This document shows, piece by piece, positions 30,206 to 39,088 of a DNA stretch of 64,000 nt (the first letter of the stretch is position 1; each line of letters begins with the position of its first letter). Under the pieces are notes generated by a model that was not told the origin of the DNA, did not search any database, and saw nothing but the letters and a program-made list of their open reading frames with translations. The stretch comes from an uncultured Flavobacteriaceae bacterium (GTDB taxonomy: Bacteria; Bacteroidota; Bacteroidia; Flavobacteriales; Flavobacteriaceae). The translations under genes were made by a program, and so were the position numbers. The stretch is from contig OY969790.1 of the NCBI GenBank assembly GCA_963703125.1, positions 2,575,832 to 2,639,831 on the forward strand. Direction: 5' to 3'.

Positions 30206-32599
30206 ATGAAAGAGACACCCAATATTTTGGATTTTAAGGAGGATGAGAAATTGCTCAACATAAAGGAGGTATTCCTAAAATATTTACACTATTGGCCCTG
30301 GATGCTTGGTGTATCCCTTATTAGCATCGCAATGGGTTTCGCATATACACAAATTGTTCCAAGAACCTATGAGACAACAGCTAAAATAAAAATACTTGAC
30401 GCAACCAAAGAATTAAGTGTAATGCCCGAAGGAATGGCAGTGGTTGGGGGTAATTCTAAAATTAACCTGGACAATCAGATTGAAGTATTAAGGTCATATA
30501 GGTTATTACATAATGTGGTTACCGATTTACATCTGGATATAGCATATTATAAAGTAGAAAATTTTATGACCACTGAAATTTGGAACCCGCCATTCATCAT
30601 AAATAAAATTGACTTTACGGAAAGTGACGGAAATTCTGAAATTTATGAAGTTGCATTGAGCACTGTTGGATTCAATATTACGAGCGTTGATGGTAAAAAG
30701 TTTGTGGTGCCGTTCAATAAATCAGATGCAAGTCATCCAGAGCTACCTTTTAGTATAAGACGGTTGGAGAATACAAACATTGAAAACTATAAGCCGGTAG
30801 TATTCAAGATAATATTGCAAACAACAAAAGATGTTTGTATGGAACTTGAAAAAAACTTACAAGTGCAAGCTGCAAGTCCTAAAAGCGATATTGTGATTTT
30901 GTCGCTAAAAGGACAAAGCAAAGAACGTTCCGAGGCAATTTTAAATGCCATAATCAAAAAATTTGATCAAGATGGTATCACCGATAGGCAATTAGTTTCA
31001 AAAAGGACCCTTGAGGTTATTGATAAGCGGTTTGTTTATTTATCCGGTGAATTGGATTCTATAGAAATGGGCAAACAAGGTTTTAAGCAAGCAAATAATC
31101 TTTCATATATTGAGGCCGATGCAGGCCTTAGTCTTCAACAAAAGGCAAATACCGAAAGTGAGGTGTACAAATTGGAGACACAAATTTCATTATCTAAACT
31201 TCTCCAAGAGACGGTTACAAATGAGGCTGAATACAGTCTATTACCGGCGGAAATAGGTTTGTCTAACAGCAGCTTAAATGGGTTAGTCGCTGAGTACAAT
31301 CAATTGGCGCAGGAAAGAGAGAAACTGGAGCCTACCGTAGGAGTTAATCATCCAACGTTGCAAGCTTTGTCTAATCAATTGGAGCTAGCCAAATTAAATA
31401 TACTTAATACGGTCAATGTTTATAAATCTCAATTGGGAATCTCTCTGGACCAGTTGAACCAGCAAAAGAATTTGGCGGGCGCAAGATTTAATAGAATTCC
31501 TGAAAAAGAAAAAATATTGCGCTCAATAGAAAGACAGCAGGGAATAAAGGAAAACTTATTTTTATTGCTACTTCAAAAACGTGAAGAGGCTGCCATTAAT
31601 TATGCAGTGACCGAACCTTCAATAAAGGTTATTGACTATGGAATAACCAGTAAATACCCTATATGGCCAAAGAAAAGTATAGTTTTGCCTGTTGCCCTGG
31701 CTTTGGGTATGCTACCGCTTTTTTCAATACTGTTTGTACGTTTTTCCCTCGATACTAAAATACATGATCGCTCCGCAATAGAAAGAATGAATCCGGAAAT
31801 TCCTTTTCTTGGGGAAATACCGTTTTTAAGGGATAATAAAAAATTTATTGATACAAATGATAGGTCAGTTTTGGCAGAATCGTTTAGAATATTAAGTACT
31901 AATGCGAATTTTTTATTAACAGATAAAAATGGCGATCAAGGAAAAGTGATTTTCGTTACCTCATCAATTAAAGGGGAAGGTAAAACTCTTTTGGCCATAA
32001 ATTTATCCTTAGCTTTTGCAAGCATGGAAAAGCGCGTATTATTGGTTGGGGCAGATTTAAGGAATCCTCAGTTGCATTCATATTTTGATATAGATAAAAA
32101 TACTCCAGGTCTAACTGATTATTTATCTGAAAGAAAAGTAGAATTTACTGATTATTTGCATAAAGGTTTTGGACAAAACTCTCATCATAAAGTTTATTTT
32201 AGTGGGACAGTTCCATCTAATGCCCCTGTATTATTGTCAGGTCAAAGATTCCGAAATTTTATGGAAACCTCAAAAAAGGAATTTGACTATATAATTGTTG
32301 ATACGGCTCCGACCATGTTGGTCACTGACACCTTATTAATATCGAAATTTGCCGACTTAACACTTTATACACTTAGAGCGGATTTCTCAGATAAACGATT
32401 ATTGGAATTTTCCAAAAATCTAAAAAAGACGGGAAAGTTAAATAATGTAGCATATGTCTTTAATGCCGTTGGGAATGGTCGATCAAAAGATTATAATTAT
32501 GGTTATGGTTATGGGTATAGTGATCAAAAAATTGAGAAGCCCTGGTATATGAGAAAAAAAAAGAAAAATGATGTGGCCCGAAAAACTTCTAAAACCTAA
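30206..32599 (+). CDS. wzc: Polysaccharide co-polymerase / BY-tyrosine kinase (Wzc-like)
   Basis: 797 aa. It has two TM segments flanking a coiled-coil periplasmic domain, Walker A SSIKGEGKT, Walker B IIVDTAP, and a C-terminal Tyr cluster DYNYGYGYGYSD. Confidence 0.85.
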   Translation: MKETPNILDFKEDEKLLNIKEVFLKYLHYWPWMLGVSLISIAMGFAYTQIVPRTYETTAKIKILDATKELSVMPEGMAVVGGNSKINLDNQIEVLRSYRLLHNVVTDLHLDIAYYKVENFMTTEIWNPPFIINKIDFTESDGNSEIYEVALSTVGFNITSVDGKKFVVPFNKSDASHPELPFSIRRLENTNIENYKPVVFKIILQTTKDVCMELEKNLQVQAASPKSDIVILSLKGQSKERSEAILNAIIKKFDQDGITDRQLVSKRTLEVIDKRFVYLSGELDSIEMGKQGFKQANNLSYIEADAGLSLQQKANTESEVYKLETQISLSKLLQETVTNEAEYSLLPAEIGLSNSSLNGLVAEYNQLAQEREKLEPTVGVNHPTLQALSNQLELAKLNILNTVNVYKSQLGISLDQLNQQKNLAGARFNRIPEKEKILRSIERQQGIKENLFLLLLQKREEAAINYAVTEPSIKVIDYGITSKYPIWPKKSIVLPVALALGMLPLFSILFVRFSLDTKIHDRSAIERMNPEIPFLGEIPFLRDNKKFIDTNDRSVLAESFRILSTNANFLLTDKNGDQGKVIFVTSSIKGEGKTLLAINLSLAFASMEKRVLLVGADLRNPQLHSYFDIDKNTPGLTDYLSERKVEFTDYLHKGFGQNSHHKVYFSGTVPSNAPVLLSGQRFRNFMETSKKEFDYIIVDTAPTMLVTDTLLISKFADLTLYTLRADFSDKRLLEFSKNLKKTGKLNNVAYVFNAVGNGRSKDYNYGYGYGYSDQKIEKPWYMRKKKKNDVARKTSKT

Positions 32600-32907
32600 T
32601 AAAAGGAAACGCCCTAATCTCTTTTATGCTAGGAAACATAGTTCATTGAGTAAATTATCATAGGATATTTTCAGCGAAAATAAAGGTATTAATATTAAGA
32701 TGTTGAGGGCCACAAAGTTAAAATTGACAATATGGTTCCGGTAATTCCTATTCTATATTTAATCTATCGCTACGCACTTAATTCTCTGTCATTTCATCCT
32801 ATGTTTGGAAAATACTATAAGGTCTTTATGGCTTTGTTTTAAGGAAAGGCGATTGGATTAGGAATTTGGAAGATGTAAATTCTTTATTTGTAATGAAACG
32901 TTATGTT

Positions 32908-34566
32908 ATGAGAATAGGGATTTTGATTAAGGATTTTGAGCAATTGGCTAATTGGGAGTTGAGAATAATACAAGAGATTATAAATGATAAAGGCTTAGAA
33001 TTGGTTTTGCTGGTTCAGGATGGAAGAAAGGGGGATAGTAGCAAAAATGCCTTTTCGCGCAGATTTCCTTATTTGTTTTCAACAAAAAGCATTCTTATTA
33101 AAATTATTTTCAAACTACAAATCGGCATAGAGGAGAGGTTTTTTCATGAAGATTCTATGTCAAGTTGCAGAAATCAAATAACTCGTTATTTAAAAACAAT
33201 CCCAATCATAAAGACAAGGCCTCAGCGAAAAAATTTCGTGGACCTTTTTTCTTTGGAAGATTCGAATTTAATAAAAGGATATAACCTAGATATCATACTT
33301 AGGCATGAGTTTGGAATAATAAGAGGGGAAATTCTAAATGCCGCCAAATATGGTGTTTGGTCGTTTCATCATGGTGATAATTCAATCAATCGCGGTGGGC
33401 CACCTGGCTTTTGGGAAATAATGTTAAAAGAACAATATGTCGGCGTAACATTGCAGAAATTAACACCTGAATTGGACGGGGGTCTTGTTATAGATAAGGC
33501 TTATTTTAATTTACATTGGTCTTTTGTAAAAACAAGAAACCTGGCCTTTGAGGCATCTGTTTCCTTGTTGCTAAAAAGTATCAATCAATTGAAAAATAAT
33601 AATCTTAATTTAAAAAGATCACCGATTTATTTTAACCCTTTGTACAAGTCCCCCAATATGTACTTTGGACTAAAATACTTAGGACATTTTTATTATCGCT
33701 TATTTCGAAAGATACTTGAAAAAACGTCAAGTTTTTTGTTTGGTACTAGATTCGAGTGTTGGACACTTTTTCTTGGGAAGGGCGAGTTTTTAAATTCAAC
33801 ACTCTTCAGACTGAAGCCTATTAAGTCGCCAAGAAATGAATTTTGGGCCGATCCATTCCTATTTAGAAAAAATGGTGCTGAGTATGTTTTCTTTGAAAAC
33901 TATTCATACAAAAAGAAGATTGGTAAAATTTCTTGTGGTAAGATAATAGAAGGAAAAGTTACAGAAGTGATAGATGTGTTGAACTTAAATTATCATCTAT
34001 CATTTCCTTTTGTAATTGAGGAAGAGGGAGAAATATTTCTAATTCCGGAAACTAGCGAAAATGCCAGATTGGAGGTTTACAAATGTGTTCAATTTCCATC
34101 GCAATGGCAGTTGTATTCAACGGCTTTTGAGGGTGAATTAGTGGCTGATACTGTTTACTACAAGGATAAACAGGGCGGTAGGTGGTTGTTCATGAATAAG
34201 AAAGTAGCGCCAGGAACAACTTTGGAAAACGAACTTTTTATCTATAAAATTGATTCTTTGGAACTCAAAAAAATACAACCCCATTCGCAAAACCCGGTAA
34301 TCATAGATTCTCGAGTAGCCAGAAATGCCGGAGCGATATTTGAGTTTAACAACGAAATATATAGGCCTTCTCAAAGAAATATTGAAGGGGTATATGGCAG
34401 GGCACTAAGCATTAACAAGATTCAGAAATTAACAGTTGATGAATATAAAGAAACCAATGAACTGGTTGTTGAACCAAATTTTCATAAGGGTCTTTCCGCA
34501 ATGCACCACATGCATCAAATTAGTGGAATGTTTGTATTTGATGCGGCTTATAGGCGAAAATTTTAA
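32908..34566 (+). CDS. Formyltransferase-like N-domain fused to a beta-rich C-domain of unknown function
   Basis: The ORF is open from 32866 and the likely start is MRIGILIKDF at 32908. WSFHHGDNSINRGGPPGFWEI resembles the formyltransferase core. The C-terminal half (EFWADPFLF..) is unassigned. Confidence 0.45.
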   Translation: MRIGILIKDFEQLANWELRIIQEIINDKGLELVLLVQDGRKGDSSKNAFSRRFPYLFSTKSILIKIIFKLQIGIEERFFHEDSMSSCRNQITRYLKTIPIIKTRPQRKNFVDLFSLEDSNLIKGYNLDIILRHEFGIIRGEILNAAKYGVWSFHHGDNSINRGGPPGFWEIMLKEQYVGVTLQKLTPELDGGLVIDKAYFNLHWSFVKTRNLAFEASVSLLLKSINQLKNNNLNLKRSPIYFNPLYKSPNMYFGLKYLGHFYYRLFRKILEKTSSFLFGTRFECWTLFLGKGEFLNSTLFRLKPIKSPRNEFWADPFLFRKNGAEYVFFENYSYKKKIGKISCGKIIEGKVTEVIDVLNLNYHLSFPFVIEEEGEIFLIPETSENARLEVYKCVQFPSQWQLYSTAFEGELVADTVYYKDKQGGRWLFMNKKVAPGTTLENELFIYKIDSLELKKIQPHSQNPVIIDSRVARNAGAIFEFNNEIYRPSQRNIEGVYGRALSINKIQKLTVDEYKETNELVVEPNFHKGLSAMHHMHQISGMFVFDAAYRRKF

Positions 34567-34635
34567 AAGATAAAATTGCTGGTAAATTTTATTATATCAA
34601 AACGTTGCTGATAAGATTTTTTAGTTTTTGTTAAT

Positions 34636-35538
34636 TTATTTAAAAGGCTCATCATCCCAAATTTCGATGTCATCTACCCATTGAAACATAGGGGTAGAGC
34701 TACCGTAAATCTGATGGATGAAAATCCCACCTAAATTATCATCATTATAGGTGGTCGGGCCATAGTTCTCGGCAATGATTTCCCCATTTATTTTCATTGA
34801 AGCATATCCATCATCTCCAGTACTCCACTTAAAGAATATTTCAACTTTGAACCATTCCTCTCTTGGAACGGGAACCAAGTAGTTACTTACTGACCAATAG
34901 TATGGATTGGGGTTGGAATCACCTTGAAAGCGCCATCTTTCAACACCAAATTCATCTCGCTCAATATAAGCGATCATTCTGAAACCATTTCCGGCATCCC
35001 AGTTAGCTGTCTTATATTCCCAAATTGCTCGCCAATCATATTTCTTCGAAACGCTAGACGCATCTATTTTCATCCAGAAACTCATATAAAGTTTATCAGG
35101 ATTCCTTTGAATGCTATTAATTTGATAAGGTGCTTGGGTAACACCAGAGTTATAATTTATCCTTTGGAACAAGACTTTGGAAGATTCTCCAGTATGACCA
35201 ACAATACTCTGTATTTCATTATTTATTCCAGCACCATTGTCATCATCGATTATATGGATTCCCCCAAATGTAGAGCCTAATATATCCGGTGGCCAAGCAA
35301 ATCCGGAAATAGAATCGGTACCCTTAATCAATTTATAGCCTGGCCAATTATTGATTTCATAATCGCTCACCGGATCGGTCAGAAAGGTACCCTCTTCAAA
35401 TCCAGAACTAAATAAAAGGTGGGCTTCTGGATTTGGCTTGGGAACATTTTCCTCATCTTTTTTATCGCATGACAAGGTGATAACAACCAAGGCCACTAAA
35501 AGAAATAGCTTCTTCAATTCTTGTTTTTTAGGGTGCAA
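34636..35538 (-). CDS. Secreted lipoprotein, ConA-like jelly-roll / polysaccharide-lyase-like (tentative)
   Basis: 300 aa with a lipobox in ITLSCD. It aligns along its whole length to the C-terminal domain of the 35909-37333 product. Confidence 0.4.
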   Translation of the reverse strand: MHPKKQELKKLFLLVALVVITLSCDKKDEENVPKPNPEAHLLFSSGFEEGTFLTDPVSDYEINNWPGYKLIKGTDSISGFAWPPDILGSTFGGIHIIDDDNGAGINNEIQSIVGHTGESSKVLFQRINYNSGVTQAPYQINSIQRNPDKLYMSFWMKIDASSVSKKYDWRAIWEYKTANWDAGNGFRMIAYIERDEFGVERWRFQGDSNPNPYYWSVSNYLVPVPREEWFKVEIFFKWSTGDDGYASMKINGEIIAENYGPTTYNDDNLGGIFIHQIYGSSTPMFQWVDDIEIWDDEPFK

Positions 35539-35908
35539 ATTTTATAATTGGTCAATCTATGGTTTTCTAGTAATAATCGACTCATCATAAACGTCTTAAA
35601 TAGTATGAATAAATTATTTGGGGAGAATTGATGGGATAGTTCCGAGAAAATTCATAAATACTATGTTTCATTGAATCCCACAATAAATATATAAAATATT
35701 TAAACCATTAGTAGGGAAATACTTGAAAAACAGAAAGATTTAATAGACTACATGACCGTTATGATAAATATCAATAATTGATTCCCGGATGGCTATTAAT
35801 ACCCAGAACTAATTTGAAATAATCAAATGCGTATAAATATAGGCTAGAATATGATTGCAAAAAGAGGGGTTTGTATTTCAAATATATGAAACGTGATCAA
35901 TATTCAAA

Positions 35909-37333
35909 CTAGTATGGAACATTGTCCCAAATTTCTAAATCATCGACCAAACTGGAAATGGGGTACGAATTACCACCATATTGCTGCGTTACAAAAAGAT
36001 AGCCTAAATCGTCATTATTATAAGTCATTCTACCTGTGTGATCAGCAACCATTTCACCGTTTATTTTCCACCAAGCCCTTCCAGTATTGACGCCATCTCC
36101 CCAAGCTATAAAATATTCAATTTTAAACCATTCGTTAAATGGAGGGACTATGGTTTCATTACTTATTGACCAATTGTGACCATTTGGTCCAGCATCACCT
36201 GCCAATCTTGCACGAAGCTTTCCTGTATTACCATCCCTTTCAAAGTAGGCGATAACCCTATAGCCATTGCCGTCGTCCCAGTTATATGTTTTATATTCCC
36301 ATGGTACGGCCCAATCATAGTTCTTATCTAGGCCGGATCCGTCTATCTTCATCCAATAACTTACATATAAGGATTCTGGATTTTCTTTAATATTATTTAT
36401 TTGATAAGGTAATTGCGTCACGGTGGCATCGTAATTAATAACACGATACAAAGCCGTGGTTGATGCCCCCGTATGACCGACTACTGTTTGCAAAACACTA
36501 TTCGACGCAGATCCCCCACCATCATTGACCAGATGGATGCCTCCATAATTCGAGCCCAAAATTAAAGGTGGCCAAGAGAATCCAGTTCCGGAATCCGTTC
36601 CATTGATTGCTTGATAACCTCGGTCTGGCGTGCTTTTTAATCCTAAATTGACCCCTTCGAAACCACTTGCGAAAAGTAAGTTTGCGTTCGGGGAAATCGG
36701 AATGGGAGAAACCGGATCTGGAATAGTCGGTTCTGAGGTTGAATTATCCGTGGGTATAATTACAACTTCAACTGTTCCTACTTCAGTACTTACGGTCTCA
36801 TCCTCATTCACAACTTCAGTTGTGTAAGTAAAGGTATCCGTGACATTTTCATTTGAACCTGGTTCTTCTTCTGACGAAGAAGATGTTGCAGGGGGAGCTT
36901 CAACTGGAGGATTTTGGTCGGAAGGAGTTTCCTCAGATGAAGGAGTCTCTTCTTCTGGCGTTGGTTCTGCCGGACTTTCGTTTGTAGGGGTTTCCGTAAA
37001 ACCTTCTTCCTCTAATATTTCGGTTGGAGGTGTATATGTTATTGTATTATTCTCATTGACTTTTACAGCTCCTAATTTAGGGTTCGAGATTTCTATAATT
37101 TTCACTTCCTCATTCTCAGAAAACCGGTCGTTGGAAAGTACATCCAGAATAATACTGTTCTTGGAATTTGTTTCAAAATAGTCATTGACCACCAGCATCC
37201 CAAACTGCCCATTTTCATCTCTTGAAATAACATAGTCGGTAAGTAAATCAGAATCATTGTTACATGAGATAGTGCAAAAACTTACTAAAAAAAGCAAGTA
37301 AAGCTTGTTTGTGGGGAACTGGATTCTTTTCAT
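35909..37333 (-). CDS. Lipoprotein with a cadherin/Ig-like VLSND domain, a P/E/S/T-rich linker and a lyase-like jelly-roll domain
   Basis: The likely start is MKRIQF.. (37333) with lipobox FCTISCNND. The N-terminal domain reads ILDVLSNDRF..ITYTPP. The acidic P/E/S/T linker is followed by a C-terminal domain paralogous to 34636-35538. Confidence 0.45.
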   Translation of the reverse strand: MKRIQFPTNKLYLLFLVSFCTISCNNDSDLLTDYVISRDENGQFGMLVVNDYFETNSKNSIILDVLSNDRFSENEEVKIIEISNPKLGAVKVNENNTITYTPPTEILEEEGFTETPTNESPAEPTPEEETPSSEETPSDQNPPVEAPPATSSSSEEEPGSNENVTDTFTYTTEVVNEDETVSTEVGTVEVVIIPTDNSTSEPTIPDPVSPIPISPNANLLFASGFEGVNLGLKSTPDRGYQAINGTDSGTGFSWPPLILGSNYGGIHLVNDGGGSASNSVLQTVVGHTGASTTALYRVINYDATVTQLPYQINNIKENPESLYVSYWMKIDGSGLDKNYDWAVPWEYKTYNWDDGNGYRVIAYFERDGNTGKLRARLAGDAGPNGHNWSISNETIVPPFNEWFKIEYFIAWGDGVNTGRAWWKINGEMVADHTGRMTYNNDDLGYLFVTQQYGGNSYPISSLVDDLEIWDNVPY

Positions 37334-37398
37334 AAGTAGCCTTATTTTTGAAAATAGGAAACAATTTGGGTATTGCAATACTATTTAAAAATTTACTA

Positions 37399-37439
37399 TT
37401 TTTCGATTAAGTAAATGTTATTTTCGATGAACTGCACAA
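37399..37439 (-). promoter_or_regulatory. Conserved upstream element with two TTTTCGAT[TG]A repeats 21 nt apart
   Basis: TCGAT occurs at 37403-37407 and 37424-37428, followed by TGCACAA. The block is shared with 38254-38293. Confidence 0.4.
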
Positions 37440-37942
37440 AATGACAACTTTTGATGTACGTTTAGTAAGAACTGTTTAGATTTTTTCAATTTCGTTTTTC
37501 GATTATCTACTTCTTTTTTTAACAAAATACTCTAAACCAACATGTTAAATGGCTTTTTTCACAAACTCAAAACAGAAATGCCAATAAAAGTGGTACTTAA
37601 TATCTCGATGGTCAATATCAGTTCAATTATTTTCACATCCGTAAAATTTTGAATACTACCATTTTGAAGGACGAATATTTAAGATTCAATTTTTGAACTG
37701 TTGATGTGGCAAGTTGGTTACCAAAAGGATTTTCTACTTTTGTAAAGTATAATTTGAGGCAGGTATCCAATTGAATAGGACTAGAACTGATTTGAAGAAG
37801 TATAGTAATATTTAGTTAACTTGAATGCTTTCTAAGAATTTTGAACACAAATAAGCACCTAAGTTGCGGTTATTGATTTTTAAAATCACAAAAGTTTATA
37901 AAGAATGGAGATGCGTGCTTAATTCAATTTATTTTTTGGGAG

Positions 37943-38188
37943 CTATTTTGCTAGAACATTTTCCTCCACTGTATCTACACCTTTGCTACCTTCGAGTGCT
38001 TTGGTATGTACAAGAGTATTTGATGTATGGTCAATTTCCACCTTGTCAAAAGTTTGGGAAGCACTATTAACATCGGTTAGTAGTACATATTCCGCAATCA
38101 AATCATGATCATTGTTGCAAGAAAAAATGCCACTAAGGACCATAAAGAGTGCTCTCAACTTAATGATTTTTAGTGTGGTTCTTCTCAT
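37943..38188 (-). CDS. Small lipoprotein; N-terminal paralog or remnant of the 35909-37333 family
   Basis: 81 aa. GIFSCNNDHDLIAEYV parallels CTISCNNDSDLLTDYV, and the two genes share an upstream element. Confidence 0.35.
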   Translation of the reverse strand: MRRTTLKIIKLRALFMVLSGIFSCNNDHDLIAEYVLLTDVNSASQTFDKVEIDHTSNTLVHTKALEGSKGVDTVEENVLAK

Positions 38189-38253
38189 GTTCGGTATGGG
38201 GTAGAAATGGATGATTTATTAAGGGTTTGGCAAAACTATTTAATTCAATTGGA

Positions 38254-38293
38254 ACATCGATGAAACAAATCATATTTTCGATGAAATGCACAA
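38254..38293 (-). promoter_or_regulatory. Second copy of the conserved upstream element (TCGATGAA repeats 21 nt apart)
   Basis: TCGAT occurs at 38257-38261 and 38278-38282, followed by TGCACAA. Confidence 0.4.
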
Positions 38294-38591
38294 TTATTTT
38301 TTGTTAAAGGACAAGTTTTTTTTGACAACTAAGCTAAATAATCAATTCTTGGATATTGTTCCGTGGATTGTTAGCCAATTCTTGGTAAGAAATTGTGCAA
38401 TAAATGGGATGAAAATAAAACAGGCAATGGTTAGCTGGGAAGGGTAATTATATGCGATTCCTTGTTTTTTGGTAATACCTTATTGATAATCCAGAAACAT
38501 CATAAAAATGGAATTTGGTATATGTCTAAACGGGTTAGTACAAAAAAGATGTTGTAATAGCTGTACTTTGAAAAAATAGACCTGTCCTTAC

Positions 38592-38879
38592 TTAAGGGTT
38601 TTTTCGCAATTCGTTTAGGCTGTCCATTTCTTTCCGAAACCTAAGAATGACCAAGGTATCCATTTCGTGAAAGATACTATCGCGCATTTTAGTCCAGTTC
38701 CCTGAGTTCATTTTCAACGTGAAATTTTGGATGTTTTTAAACCGTTCCACGTTATGCCTATTCGCCTTCCAATAAGCTGCGGTACTTTCACGATGTTTTA
38801 AATCTTGCAAATAAATGCCAATGCAGAAACCGGCTATTATTAAAGTGACAATGATTAAAAGCGTGCTTTTTTTTATCAT
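38592..38879 (-). CDS. Hypothetical membrane-anchored protein
   Basis: 95 aa with a single N-terminal TM segment. No family was recognised. Confidence 0.35.
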   Translation of the reverse strand: MIKKSTLLIIVTLIIAGFCIGIYLQDLKHRESTAAYWKANRHNVERFKNIQNFTLKMNSGNWTKMRDSIFHEMDTLVILRFRKEMDSLNELRKNP

Positions 38880-39088
38880 ACTATTTGGGTCAAGTTCAGG
38901 AGAATGTGTTTTGGGTTCACGTCGTACTCTATTTAAGTACCCTTTACATTGGAATACATTCCCTGCGAAGTTATTAAACTTTTAAGTACGGATTGCGAAA
39001 ATGCTTCCGCAATCAATGCAAAGAACACCTATACCTAGCTTGATTAAAATTAAAATCGATGTTCGGATCGTTTTAAGTGCTCAAATAG

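Noticed and set aside
32491-32570. GGTTAT x3 mini-repeat and an A9 run near the 3' end of wzc as possible phase-variation tracts
   Set aside because: The GGTTAT repeat simply encodes the functional Tyr cluster (YGYGYGY). The A-run encodes the terminal Lys-rich tail after all the catalytic motifs, so slippage there would have little effect.
36840-37010. Repetitive-looking GA/GAA-rich DNA inside the 35909-37333 gene
   Set aside because: On the coding (minus) strand it translates to a P/E/S/T-rich acidic interdomain linker. It is not a tandem DNA repeat array or a CRISPR.
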